64,000 bases of DNA from Desulfatiglandales bacterium (GTDB lineage Bacteria; Desulfobacterota; DSM-4660; Desulfatiglandales; Desulfatiglandaceae), in NCBI GenBank assembly GCA_963662465.1, contig OY759599.1:3840001-3904000 (forward strand), written 5' to 3'. This document shows positions 28,891-38,483 of this stretch, one piece after another (within the stretch, counting starts at the first letter, position 1; each line of letters starts with the position of its first letter). The translations under genes and the position numbers were made by a program. The notes beneath the pieces were generated by a model. That model was not told the origin of the DNA. It ran no database searches and worked only from the letters and a program-made list of their open reading frames with translations.

Positions 28891-29847
28891 CTATTTGGAG
28901 ATGATGCGAAAAAGATCATTAATCAATTCAGTGGCCATTCGCACATAGATGTGGGGCGGGAAATTTTCAAGGTTCATGCCTAAAGCGCCCAGGGCAGCCA
29001 GGAGGCAGCTCATGGCGTCATGTTCGCTGCATTCCAGAGCGATGCATTGTTTGCGAATGATCTGTTTTGTGAAAAGAGCGGGAAATTTAAAGCTTCGCGC
29101 CAATTTCATCAAATCAAAAAATGCAAAGCCCCTTGTGGATGAACCGGCCCAGTCAATGACCGCAAACTTCGGGGATGTTTTACCGGGCTCATCGGGCCCC
29201 GGCAGCATGATGTTTCCTTTCCACAGATCATTATGCGCCAGGATAGTTTGAGGTTGCCAGGCCCCGGATTCAATACGCTTGATGGAAAGCCTTGCCTCCT
29301 GCCTGAGATCCATGGGAAAATTTTCGTCTTCGGTAAATGCCCTTAGCGGCGCAATGGCGGTTTGTTCCATGGCAGGGTCGAGGATGGGCCTTTTCGACTT
29401 TCGAACCACTTTTGTTAACCAGGCCGTTACCGGCCATGCGAGTTTTGCTTTTTCCCAACGCCATTGCCAGGGATTTTCGGAAAGGGGCTGCTTCATGGTA
29501 AAAAGGGCCCAGGTCAATCCTTCAAAGCGACCTTCTTTAACAGGCATCTGAATGGTATCGCCCAGAGGCGTGTTCAGCAGTTCTTTTGCCTGCCTGGCCT
29601 TTTCCACGTTTCGCGCGATCAGACCGGGATTGCGAGTGTTTGAGCAGAGAAGAAATAATTGGGGTTGTTCATCGGCATTTTTGAAAATGGACTTAAAGGA
29701 GGCATCGGCCGGCGCATCTGCCAGGCTCAAGGTACTCGGTAAAAATGGTGATTTTTCAATAACGACGCCCGACCGTTTCGCTTCCTCCCCGGTTGCAACG
29801 TATTTTCTCAAGGCCTCTACCGGGGCCGGCGTTTTTGAATCCGTCAT
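28891..29847 (-). CDS. Aminoglycoside-phosphotransferase-like kinase
   Basis: HNDLWKGNIM and VIDWA motifs. Confidence 0.7.
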   Translation of the reverse strand: MTDSKTPAPVEALRKYVATGEEAKRSGVVIEKSPFLPSTLSLADAPADASFKSIFKNADEQPQLFLLCSNTRNPGLIARNVEKARQAKELLNTPLGDTIQMPVKEGRFEGLTWALFTMKQPLSENPWQWRWEKAKLAWPVTAWLTKVVRKSKRPILDPAMEQTAIAPLRAFTEDENFPMDLRQEARLSIKRIESGAWQPQTILAHNDLWKGNIMLPGPDEPGKTSPKFAVIDWAGSSTRGFAFFDLMKLARSFKFPALFTKQIIRKQCIALECSEHDAMSCLLAALGALGMNLENFPPHIYVRMATELINDLFRIISK

Positions 29848-30010
29848 GTTTTCTCTCCAAATGGTTGTCTTGTATCTTGACTAATATAAGGACTGCGTTA
29901 CATAATACGCCGCTAAAAGAGATCGACCCTCAATCAAGCTGTCATTATTCGTTAATGACGGCATATTGTCAAGGGGTTGGCCAGGTATGTTCAAAAAGTC
30001 AAAAAGGAGA

Positions 30011-30826
30011 ATGTTTGTGGATGATGAGCAACTAAAAAAATATCTGTTGATGGCTGTTCGTGCGTCCATGATGGCCGCTTCAGCCATCATGGAGGTTTAT
30101 TCACGGGCTGATTTCAATGTGGATATGAAATCAGATAATTCACCGCTGACGGATGCGGACAGAAAAGCCCATGAAATTATTGTGGATGCATTGAAGCATA
30201 CGCCGATTCCCATTCTCAGCGAAGAAGGGCGTGATATCCCTTATGTTGAACGTAAGGATTGGGACCCACTGTGGATTGTAGACCCCCTGGACGGTACAAA
30301 AGAATTTATCAAGCGAAACGGCGAATTTACGGTGAATATTGCGCTTATTCAGGATAATTCGCCTGTTTTCGGTGTGATTTATGCCCCTGTTTTGAAGCGA
30401 CTCTATTTTGGCGGTCGTGATTTCGGCGCTTATGGTTGCACCCGGGAAATGGAGGCCCTCCCCGACCGTCTGGATGAATTGATGAAGCAGTGTGATAAGC
30501 TGCCGTTGAAGATTTCCCGTTCTTCCTATGTGATTATGGGTTCCCGTTCCCATGCGACCCCTGAATTGGAAGCGTTTGTTCAGAAAAAACGAACGGAAGT
30601 GGAAGCGGTTGAATTTATATCGGCGGGCAGTTCTTTAAAGATATGCCGGGTGGCGGAAGGGGCCGCGGACATTTATCCGCGGCTGGGACCCACCATGGAA
30701 TGGGATACCGCGGCAGGTCAGGGCATTGCCGAGGGGGCGGGCCGAAAGGTGTTGCTCTGGGAAACAGACGAGCCACTCATGTACAACCGAGAGAATCTAC
30801 TGAATCCATGGTTTGTGGTTCAATAA
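30011..30826 (+). CDS. cysQ: 3'(2'),5'-bisphosphate nucleotidase
   Basis: KSDNSPLTDAD, LSEE, WIVDPLDGTKEF, SRSH, GSSLK, EWDTAAG. Confidence 0.93.
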   Translation: MFVDDEQLKKYLLMAVRASMMAASAIMEVYSRADFNVDMKSDNSPLTDADRKAHEIIVDALKHTPIPILSEEGRDIPYVERKDWDPLWIVDPLDGTKEFIKRNGEFTVNIALIQDNSPVFGVIYAPVLKRLYFGGRDFGAYGCTREMEALPDRLDELMKQCDKLPLKISRSSYVIMGSRSHATPELEAFVQKKRTEVEAVEFISAGSSLKICRVAEGAADIYPRLGPTMEWDTAAGQGIAEGAGRKVLLWETDEPLMYNRENLLNPWFVVQ

Positions 30827-30849
30827 AAAAAGAATGGATAAAGGGTGCT

Positions 30850-32562
30850 ATGGAAAATCATGATGCCGCCCATGGGGGCGAACTGGTTCAGTTGATTGTC
30901 GACGGGGACAGAGCGGAAGCCTTGAAGGATCTGTCAAGGGATCTGGAAAGTGTGACGCTGTCCGATTGCGCCGTGTGTGATCTGGAATTATTGATGAATG
31001 GCGGTTTTTCACCTTTGACGGGGTTTTTGAATCAAACGGATTATGAATCGGTCCTGGATCGGATGCGGTTGAAGGACGGCGCCCTCTGGCCGATTCCCAT
31101 TTGTTTGGATATCTCGGAAGGACAAGCCAAAAGCCTTGATGTGGGTCAATCCGTGGCCATTCGGGACAATGAAGGTTTTATGCTGGCGGTCATGCGTATT
31201 GAGAGTATCTGGCCCATCGATAAAAAGCGGGAAGCTGAAATCCTCTTTGAGACCCATGATGATCAGCACCCGGGCGTAGACCATCTGTTTAACGGAAAAG
31301 GGGCCTATTATATCGGCGGCGCCATTGAAGGACTCCAATTGCCCTTGCACTCCGCCTTCAAACGATACCGCCATACGCCGGTGGAGCTGCGGGCTCTTTT
31401 CAAAAAACTGGGCTGGCGGCGGATTGTGGGGTTTCATACGCGAAACCCCCTGCACAGGGCACAATTTGAAATGACCTTGAGGGCCATGGCCAAAGCAAAG
31501 GCAGGTCTTCTGTTGCATCCCGTGGCCGAGCAGGTCCGGCAGGGCGAAATTGATTATTACACCCGAATCCATTGTTACCTGGAAGCGGCCAGGTATTATC
31601 CCCCCAACATGATGCTGTTAAGCCTGCTCCCCCTTTCCATGAGAATGGCCGGACCCAGGGAGGCTTTGTGGCATGCCATTGTCAGAAAAAACCATGGTTG
31701 CACCCATTTTATCGTGGGGCACGGCCATGCGGATCCCGGCATGGGGAAAAATGGTGAATTATGGTATGAGCCGGATAGCAGTTGGGAACTGATGAAGCGT
31801 TACGCCGATGAAATCGGGATCGAGGTGGTTTCATTTGACGAAATGGTCTATTGGGTGGATGAGGATGTGTATCTGCCCGTCAGTGAGGCACCTGCCGGCA
31901 GCCGGACCCTGTCGCTTTCCAACGATCAGTTTCATAAGAAATTGAGAACCAGCCGGCGGGTCCCGGAATGGTTTACCTTCCCCGAAGTGGTGTCGGCGAT
32001 TCAGCACGCTTATCCACCGCGACATCAACAGGGGTTTACGATTTTCTGTACAGGTCTATCGGGGGCGGGGAAATCCACCATTGCCAAGGTACTCCATGCC
32101 CGTTTTATGGAAATGCGGTCACGCCCGGTGACACTCCTTGACGGGGATGTTGTGCGGACGAATCTTTCCAGTGAATTGGGCTTTTCCAAGGAACATCGGG
32201 ACATCAATGTGCGGCGCATCGGCTTTGTGGCCGGTGAAATCACCAAGAACCGCGGCATCGCCATCTGCGCGCCCATTGCGCCCTATACGGCAACACGGCG
32301 ACAAATCAGGCGCTTGATTGAAAATTATGGCGGGTTTGTTGAGGTTCATGTGGGAACCTCCCTTGAGGTGTGTGAGCAACGGGACCGAAAAGGGCTTTAC
32401 GCCAAGGCGCGGGCCGGCCTTGTCAAGGGCGTGACCGGAATCGATGATCCTTATGAAGCCCCTGAAAACCCGGAAGTTTTTATTGATACATCGGACATGA
32501 CGCCCGATGAGTCGGCCCAGGAGGTGCTGCTTTATTTGGAACGGGCGGGATATACAAAATAG
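30850..32562 (+). CDS. sat/cysC: Bifunctional sulfate adenylyltransferase / adenylylsulfate kinase
   Basis: HGGELV, GGFSPLTGF, TRNPLHRA, MAGPREALWHA; APS kinase FCTGLSGAGKST, LLDGDVVR, RDRKGLY. Confidence 0.92.
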   Translation: MENHDAAHGGELVQLIVDGDRAEALKDLSRDLESVTLSDCAVCDLELLMNGGFSPLTGFLNQTDYESVLDRMRLKDGALWPIPICLDISEGQAKSLDVGQSVAIRDNEGFMLAVMRIESIWPIDKKREAEILFETHDDQHPGVDHLFNGKGAYYIGGAIEGLQLPLHSAFKRYRHTPVELRALFKKLGWRRIVGFHTRNPLHRAQFEMTLRAMAKAKAGLLLHPVAEQVRQGEIDYYTRIHCYLEAARYYPPNMMLLSLLPLSMRMAGPREALWHAIVRKNHGCTHFIVGHGHADPGMGKNGELWYEPDSSWELMKRYADEIGIEVVSFDEMVYWVDEDVYLPVSEAPAGSRTLSLSNDQFHKKLRTSRRVPEWFTFPEVVSAIQHAYPPRHQQGFTIFCTGLSGAGKSTIAKVLHARFMEMRSRPVTLLDGDVVRTNLSSELGFSKEHRDINVRRIGFVAGEITKNRGIAICAPIAPYTATRRQIRRLIENYGGFVEVHVGTSLEVCEQRDRKGLYAKARAGLVKGVTGIDDPYEAPENPEVFIDTSDMTPDESAQEVLLYLERAGYTK

Positions 32563-32570
32563 GGCGTCGT

Positions 32571-34202
32571 TTACGGTTGCCGGTTGATAGTTTTCGGTTT
32601 TTTACCCATGAATTCAAGAATCGCCCGGTATTTGGGGGGTACATCCTGGTCTGAATGTTCCAGGAGGCCCCAGCTTCCCCATTTCCCGTATTGACCCATT
32701 GAGGCAAAGGTCGTAAACAGTCCGCCTCCGGCGTTTTGCCATCCCTTCAGGTCTTCCTGGTACAACCGCCCCATTTGGGGATCACGGTTGGCGGCCATGA
32801 AAAGGGTTGTGAGCTGTTCGTTATTTTCGGCACCCCCGGTTCCCACCAGATGTTGTCCCCCCTCATAGGCGATGAGATCCAACCCATATTTTCCTGCCAG
32901 GGCGGCGTGTTCAGCCACCTTTTTGCGCTGCTTAAGCATGTCTTTCCCGCAGTGATCCAGAATCTGCCCCACCGCCATGCGGCTGACGGCGCTCTGGGTG
33001 TCGGGTTTTCCGAGATGCCCTCCGAAATAGGGTGCAATAGCCAGCGCATCCGCGGATTCATAGGAATTTTCAAAGTCAAGAATTTTTTCGCTGGTCCAGG
33101 GATTGCTGCTTTGAGCCGCCAGGACCCGCACAAGCCGATCATTGCCGCCAAAAGCATCTTTCCATATGGTAAAAATTTCTTTTGCGCGTTTGGCATAGAA
33201 AAAAAGGGAAGCTTCAAATGGATTTTCGCTGAATCCCATCCCTTGTCCCACCCGGGCGGCATAATGGGCTTGTTTAAACTGGAAATTCCACACTTCGTTG
33301 CTGTATTCCACGTAAATCTTCAGGGAGGGGTCCAGTTTTTCCTTCACCATTTTAGCAAAATTTTCCACATAGTCGTGGGATGCTTCGTGGGGCATGCAGA
33401 ACCATGGATTGGCCTTGAGCGTATTGGCCAGCAGGATCATGTATTCGAGGGCGACGCCCTTATCCCCGCCCTGGGTTTGCATATGGATGGTGGGTCGTTG
33501 ATCCCAGGTTTCAACCACGGAATTGTTGGTGCGCATCCAGTCCATAAAACGGATCACTGTAAATCCTTTCCATCGTTTCAGAAACTCCGGATGGAAGATC
33601 TGCTTTTCATGGGTGTTTTCGAATCCCGGCATGACGAGGCGAATATTGCGAATGGGATTATCCGGGTTTGTTTCCGCAATCCTGAGAAGGATGCCTCGCT
33701 TTGAAGGGCTGACGTCAAGCGCAATGCGTCCTTTTCGACGCTCTTTTATTTTTCCGTCAAAGCCGAATTCAATTCTTCCCTCTCCATCATAGAAACAAAT
33801 ATATTCCCCTGCTGGATAGTGCCCCCCGGCCCTGCACATGACGGTATCCGCCCATTGACCGGGGCTGAGCTGTTTGAGCCATCCGTTTGAATCCAGAAGC
33901 AATTGACCGCCTTTACCATACGGGGCCCCCTTCATCTGTGCCTGAAAAAACTGTGATTGTTTGAAGATATCCACAAAAGGGTTTTCCGCTGACCAGTAGC
34001 ATACGGACGTCAGGTTGATCCCCATGGGGAAGGCCTCATCGGCCGGTTTTTCCGCTGATGCCAAAGCGAAGGGGAGCAAGGTTAGAAGGATGGTGAACAG
34101 AGGTCGGAAGTCGGAGGTCGGAAGTCGGAAAACTGACCTCTGACCTCTGACCTCTGACCTCCGACCTCTAACCTCTGATCTCTGACCTCTGACCTCTCTC
34201 AT
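32571..34202 (-). CDS. Secreted putative glycoside-hydrolase / carbohydrate-active protein
   Basis: Signal peptide ending ASA; MGINL, IRFMDWM.TN, PWFCMPH, YVEYSNEVWN, AYEGGQH, GSWGLLE. ATG overlaps the upstream stop (ATGA). Confidence 0.7.
   Translation of the reverse strand: MREVRGQRSEVRGRRSEVRGQRSVFRLPTSDFRPLFTILLTLLPFALASAEKPADEAFPMGINLTSVCYWSAENPFVDIFKQSQFFQAQMKGAPYGKGGQLLLDSNGWLKQLSPGQWADTVMCRAGGHYPAGEYICFYDGEGRIEFGFDGKIKERRKGRIALDVSPSKRGILLRIAETNPDNPIRNIRLVMPGFENTHEKQIFHPEFLKRWKGFTVIRFMDWMRTNNSVVETWDQRPTIHMQTQGGDKGVALEYMILLANTLKANPWFCMPHEASHDYVENFAKMVKEKLDPSLKIYVEYSNEVWNFQFKQAHYAARVGQGMGFSENPFEASLFFYAKRAKEIFTIWKDAFGGNDRLVRVLAAQSSNPWTSEKILDFENSYESADALAIAPYFGGHLGKPDTQSAVSRMAVGQILDHCGKDMLKQRKKVAEHAALAGKYGLDLIAYEGGQHLVGTGGAENNEQLTTLFMAANRDPQMGRLYQEDLKGWQNAGGGLFTTFASMGQYGKWGSWGLLEHSDQDVPPKYRAILEFMGKKPKTINRQP
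34101..34195. repeat. Inverted heptamer arrays
   Basis: (ARGTCGG)x4 at 34101-34128 and about (CTGACCT)x9 at 34133-34195. Confidence 0.9.
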
Positions 34203-35473
34203 TTCCTCACCATCTCCTCGTAGATATCAACAATCCGGTCCGCTTTGGTTTCCCAGTCAAACTCCTTGACCCGTTCAATGGCTTTTTCAGCCATTGCGTG
34301 CCGTAATGTTCTGTTTTCAAACAAAATATGGATTTTATTCGCCAGCTCATTGACCAGAAATTCCCTTGAAGTGGGTTTGATTTTAAATCCGGTTTCTTCC
34401 GTGACATATTCTCCCAGACCCGCATGATCGGCAACGATGCATGGAAGACCGCCGGCCATGGCCTCAAGGGCGACAGCGCCGCCGAATTCCCTGACCGACG
34501 GAAAACAGAAAACATCCGATTGACGGTAATACCGCAGCGTTTCTTTCTGATCGATCCAGCCCGTGAAGGAGACCGTTTGGTTCAGACCCAGATCACGAAC
34601 CTGTCTTTCCAGCGTTTCCCTTTCAGAACCGTCTCCCACAATGGTGAAATGAACCCGTTTCCTGATCCGCCGATCCAGGCGGCTGATGGCGTCTATGGCC
34701 ATATCCGCTCCCTTGTAGGGCACCAGACGACCCACAAAGAGCAGTTCCAGCGTTTCCCCCGTCCGCTGCTGAGGCTTGCCGATGAATTCACGGAGAATGC
34801 CGTTTTCGTAAAAAAGGCTGAACCGCCGGGGGTCGTAACCAAACATATCTTTTAACATCTTCAGCGTGTATGTGGAGCCTGCCAGGACCCTGTCCGCTTT
34901 TTGGTAGGTTTTAGCATAACCGGGTAGCATTCTTGAGAAAATTCTCAGGAAATTAAACTGTGCGAACTCTTTTTTGGCCACATCCGTAAATCCTTCCGGA
35001 AAGGGAACCCCCCCGTTGACCGGCCCCAGCAGGAACGGAACGCTGCGACAGGCCTGAACCATTTTTACCGGATAACGCGGAAGGATGGGAGTCATGGCAT
35101 GAACCAGATCATATTCCCCTTTCATAACGCGTGGTGCGTACCTTTGGTAAACCCGGCGGTTGAATTCTCCATAGATAGGATAGGTAAGTGCGTGCTGAAG
35201 TGGCCAGTTCACCCCCCCCCTGGATGTCAATCGACTGACGAAGCCATAATATTTTTTCAGATGTTTACTTTCATCAATATAGTCGATTCGATGGTCATTC
35301 CTTATTTTTTCCAGCGCCTCCCGGTTCCGCTCATGGGTAACCAGGGTCACTTGAACCCGTTTCCGAATACCCTGGTAAAAGTTGTACCCCACAAGGGGGA
35401 CGGAAGCCCATTCAGGATTGCATTGTTCCATAATCAACAATACATGCAACATTTCGGGTGTTTTCATGTCCAC
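34199..35473 (-). CDS. GT4 glycosyltransferase
   Basis: LLFVGRLVPYKG, IVGDG, FPSVREFGGAVALEAMAGG. Confidence 0.92.
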   Translation of the reverse strand: MDMKTPEMLHVLLIMEQCNPEWASVPLVGYNFYQGIRKRVQVTLVTHERNREALEKIRNDHRIDYIDESKHLKKYYGFVSRLTSRGGVNWPLQHALTYPIYGEFNRRVYQRYAPRVMKGEYDLVHAMTPILPRYPVKMVQACRSVPFLLGPVNGGVPFPEGFTDVAKKEFAQFNFLRIFSRMLPGYAKTYQKADRVLAGSTYTLKMLKDMFGYDPRRFSLFYENGILREFIGKPQQRTGETLELLFVGRLVPYKGADMAIDAISRLDRRIRKRVHFTIVGDGSERETLERQVRDLGLNQTVSFTGWIDQKETLRYYRQSDVFCFPSVREFGGAVALEAMAGGLPCIVADHAGLGEYVTEETGFKIKPTSREFLVNELANKIHILFENRTLRHAMAEKAIERVKEFDWETKADRIVDIYEEMVRK

Positions 35474-35532
35474 TCTCCTTTGCGGTCTGTTATAAAACGG
35501 GTATCACCTGGTCACGGGACCGGATAGGGTTT

Positions 35533-36492
35533 TTAAGAAACCCTTATGGGTGATGTAAACCGGTCTGTTTTCTTTATTTTTGAAAAAGGCGAACCTGCCA
35601 TGATGTCAAAGGCTGGTTTTAATTCAGGCTCCGGGGTAACGGTGGGAAGGTGCATTTCGGACGCGGAATTCAAAACAGATGGAAGTTCAGTTTCAATAGG
35701 AGCAATGCCTTCCGGCACCGGTTTCACCATATCCCATTCGGAAAATTCCAACTCGTGAGCTTGAGAATCCCTGGATGTTTCTACCATTACCGCTGCCTGT
35801 TCCAGCGAAACTATCCCTTTGGGTTGTGGCTTTTTGAGAAACCTTTTGGGTGATAAATGATCTCCTGCAATGACCCAACCCAAATACCCCAGAGCAAGCA
35901 ACAACATCAAAATCATCATTTTTGCACGCCATTTTTTTAAGATCCCCGGGCTGACATGGGGCGTTTCAGAAACGGATTGCGGAACCTGCATTTCCGCTTT
36001 TGTTTCCCTTTCATCGGTCTGGATAATTTTTTCTTCTGCTCGGTCGTTAAATACATGAAAGGCGTTATGGTTTTTGCCCCTGTATTTGAATTGGCCGGTC
36101 CGAAAGAAAAAACGAATGGCCAGGGCCAGAACGATGCCGATAATAGCACCGATATTGTTGGCAATCATGTCCCCGGGGGAAAAATTTCGGCCCGGCACGT
36201 ATTTTTGAAATATTTCCAGCAAAAACCCTAAAGGCGCAATAAAGGTTGAGACCATGAGGCCCATTCGAATGGAAGGGAAAAAGGCCGCAGGGTAGAAAGA
36301 TAACAGCATAAACGTCACCACGCGCGCTGCTTTATCCCGGCCAAACCCGGAATCCATCTCGGAAAGACCGGCCTGGGGTATCAGGGAGGCGACAACCATC
36401 GCAAAGAGTCCGCCGAACCACAAGAGAATCAGCGGATTAGACAACATCCCCTTGAAATAGGCCGCAGGGCTTCTATGTTCTTTTTTTTCCAT
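35533..36492 (-). CDS. VanZ-like membrane protein
   Basis: SLIP, DK, LEIFQKYVPGRNFSPGDMIANNIG. Confidence 0.75.
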   Translation of the reverse strand: MEKKEHRSPAAYFKGMLSNPLILLWFGGLFAMVVASLIPQAGLSEMDSGFGRDKAARVVTFMLLSFYPAAFFPSIRMGLMVSTFIAPLGFLLEIFQKYVPGRNFSPGDMIANNIGAIIGIVLALAIRFFFRTGQFKYRGKNHNAFHVFNDRAEEKIIQTDERETKAEMQVPQSVSETPHVSPGILKKWRAKMMILMLLLALGYLGWVIAGDHLSPKRFLKKPQPKGIVSLEQAAVMVETSRDSQAHELEFSEWDMVKPVPEGIAPIETELPSVLNSASEMHLPTVTPEPELKPAFDIMAGSPFSKIKKTDRFTSPIRVS

Positions 36493-36529
36493 AAAAAGAC
36501 CAAAAAAACGCTAGAGAGAGAGTTTTTTC

Positions 36530-36642
36530 GTATCCTATTCAAAAACCATGGTAAAAATCATTTTTGATTTGCAAAAAGGCTTTATTTACAAGCAGTTATG
36601 TTTTTGCAAACTGCTCGTTACCAGGGAATTTGAATAGGATAC
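36530..36642. mobile_element. 113-bp IS66-related MITE with 8-bp TSD
   Basis: TIRs GTATCCTATTCAAA...TTTGAATAGGATAC; perfect flanking duplication GTTTTTTC (36522-36529 and 36643-36650). Confidence 0.88.
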
Positions 36643-36655
36643 GTTTTTTCTAATT

Positions 36656-38482
36656 TCATACACGTCTTACCCATTTCTCTTCCGTATGGATGTAGCCTTC
36701 ATCCAGGCTATCCTCACCCGGTTTCTTTTGAAGATCATCGGGAGATGCTGTTTCTTCCTGAACACGTAATTTGCGGGACATTTGCTCGGTTTTATTTTTT
36801 CCGGGATCCGTAAGATTTCTTGGACCTCGGTACCGTGATTCCCTTTTTTCTGTTTCACCCCTGGCGGTTTTCATTTTGAGTAAGGGGAAAGATCCCGTGA
36901 TCTGTTTCAGTCTTTGCAAAAACCGGGGTTCGGAATTTTCACTTTGAAGTGCTGCAAGCCCGAACCTCATGGTATAGCCGCGAGCGCCGTCGGACATTTC
37001 CTGATTGAGCAGCGGTCGAATTCCCAGTTCCGCGGCCATGCCGCCTTCTGCTGTTTTTCGAAAACGGACGGACCCCAAAGTCGGTTGCGGTTGAGGCGCC
37101 ACTTCTGATGGGGTCGAATGATCCCGCAATCTCCCCTTTTCAGATACGGCCTGTCCTTCCAGTCTCCCAATGCCGTATTGGGCCAGCATGCCCGCCGTAC
37201 CCCCCGCGAAAATAATATAAGCCTGGTTGACCATGGCATTTAACATGCAATCAATCATAAACAAAAGGGGGATAATACACAACACGGCAGTTGGCGAAAA
37301 TTCCGGCTTTCCCCACAGTTTAGCCGGACATTTAAGCAAAAAGAGAAGCGCCGGCAGAATCATTGCCAATGTGATAGAGAAAAGGCCGAAATAGCCCCGG
37401 GTTCCCAGGGTAATAATCCAAAACCCATCGGTAACACTCATGTCTTCACCGGTTTCTTCATCATAGACCCGTGATCGCCCCCATCCGCCCCATCCAAAAA
37501 GAGGTTTCTCCAGCGCTTTTTCCACCAGGATATTTTCATTGTCAAACCTGAACTGAAGGGAAGCGGCGCGATCCGCACTGAATTTTTCCGTGATCAAATC
37601 GCACAGGTTCTGACCGTCCCAGTATCCCGTGGCCCTTGTACCGACATAGGCTGGGGGAATCATGAGCAGCACCCACACCAGCACTGAAAACTTGAGTTTT
37701 GAGGTCACCATCAGAACCAGAAGCCCAATGATGCACAACCCAATGGCGCCGGATGATTTGCAGGCAATGGCAACGCACAGCAGAACGACTACCAGCAGAA
37801 GGGTTGGCGTGTGCCACATTTTCTTGGGAAACACCCGGGTCCAGGTACACCATAGCCCCACCAGAGCCGCCATGCACATCCATGTCCCCAGCATAATGCC
37901 GTGTTCCATAAAGACCATGGGTCGATATCCGTCTCCCCGCATGACCTGTGCAAAGGAATGCTGCATATAACCGTAGACAATGGCATGAGACTGAGGGCTC
38001 ATTTTGAGTTCAAAAAGCACAAAGGGGATATAGATCAGCCCCGCCGCGAAAGTGGATCGGCATAAAAGCCTCATCCCCTCGGCGCTTGAAAAGTAGATGC
38101 GGCCGGCAATATAGGGAATCCCCCATGTGGTGAATGTGTTGAAGCATTCCTGGAGCCCATCTTTAACCCCCAGCCCATTGGTAACGGATGCCGGAAAACC
38201 GGAAAAAATCCACAGGATCATGGGAATATCCACGGGGCTGATGGAAATGTTTTCCAGCTTTTCCGGGTTAAACACTTTTATGGCGATCATCACCCCAATG
38301 GCCGTTGCGGTCATCTTGTTGTAAAGGATGAGCGGAATGGGCAACTTTTCCATGGGAAGAAACATGAGTGCGCCGAAAAAAGCAATGACGACGGCCTGCT
38401 CCGGTTTATACTTTGAAAAAAGATACAGAACCATCGGAATGCAGCCGTAAAGAGCAAGTAAACAGATAATGTTGCCGCGCAT
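36656..38482 (-). CDS. O-antigen ligase / Wzy-like polymerase
   Basis: Many TM helices; YRPMVFMEHGIMLG, SL.FR..NE, KPLFGWGGWGR, TDGFWII. Confidence 0.75.
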   Translation of the reverse strand: MRGNIICLLALYGCIPMVLYLFSKYKPEQAVVIAFFGALMFLPMEKLPIPLILYNKMTATAIGVMIAIKVFNPEKLENISISPVDIPMILWIFSGFPASVTNGLGVKDGLQECFNTFTTWGIPYIAGRIYFSSAEGMRLLCRSTFAAGLIYIPFVLFELKMSPQSHAIVYGYMQHSFAQVMRGDGYRPMVFMEHGIMLGTWMCMAALVGLWCTWTRVFPKKMWHTPTLLLVVVLLCVAIACKSSGAIGLCIIGLLVLMVTSKLKFSVLVWVLLMIPPAYVGTRATGYWDGQNLCDLITEKFSADRAASLQFRFDNENILVEKALEKPLFGWGGWGRSRVYDEETGEDMSVTDGFWIITLGTRGYFGLFSITLAMILPALLFLLKCPAKLWGKPEFSPTAVLCIIPLLFMIDCMLNAMVNQAYIIFAGGTAGMLAQYGIGRLEGQAVSEKGRLRDHSTPSEVAPQPQPTLGSVRFRKTAEGGMAAELGIRPLLNQEMSDGARGYTMRFGLAALQSENSEPRFLQRLKQITGSFPLLKMKTARGETEKRESRYRGPRNLTDPGKNKTEQMSRKLRVQEETASPDDLQKKPGEDSLDEGYIHTEEKWVRRV

Positions 38483-38483
38483 G

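Noticed and set aside
32736..33704. 322-aa + strand ORF (similarly 47285-48064, 58297-59106, 25150-25974, 7334-7993)
   Set aside because: These overlap well-supported genes on the opposite strand and have no motifs.
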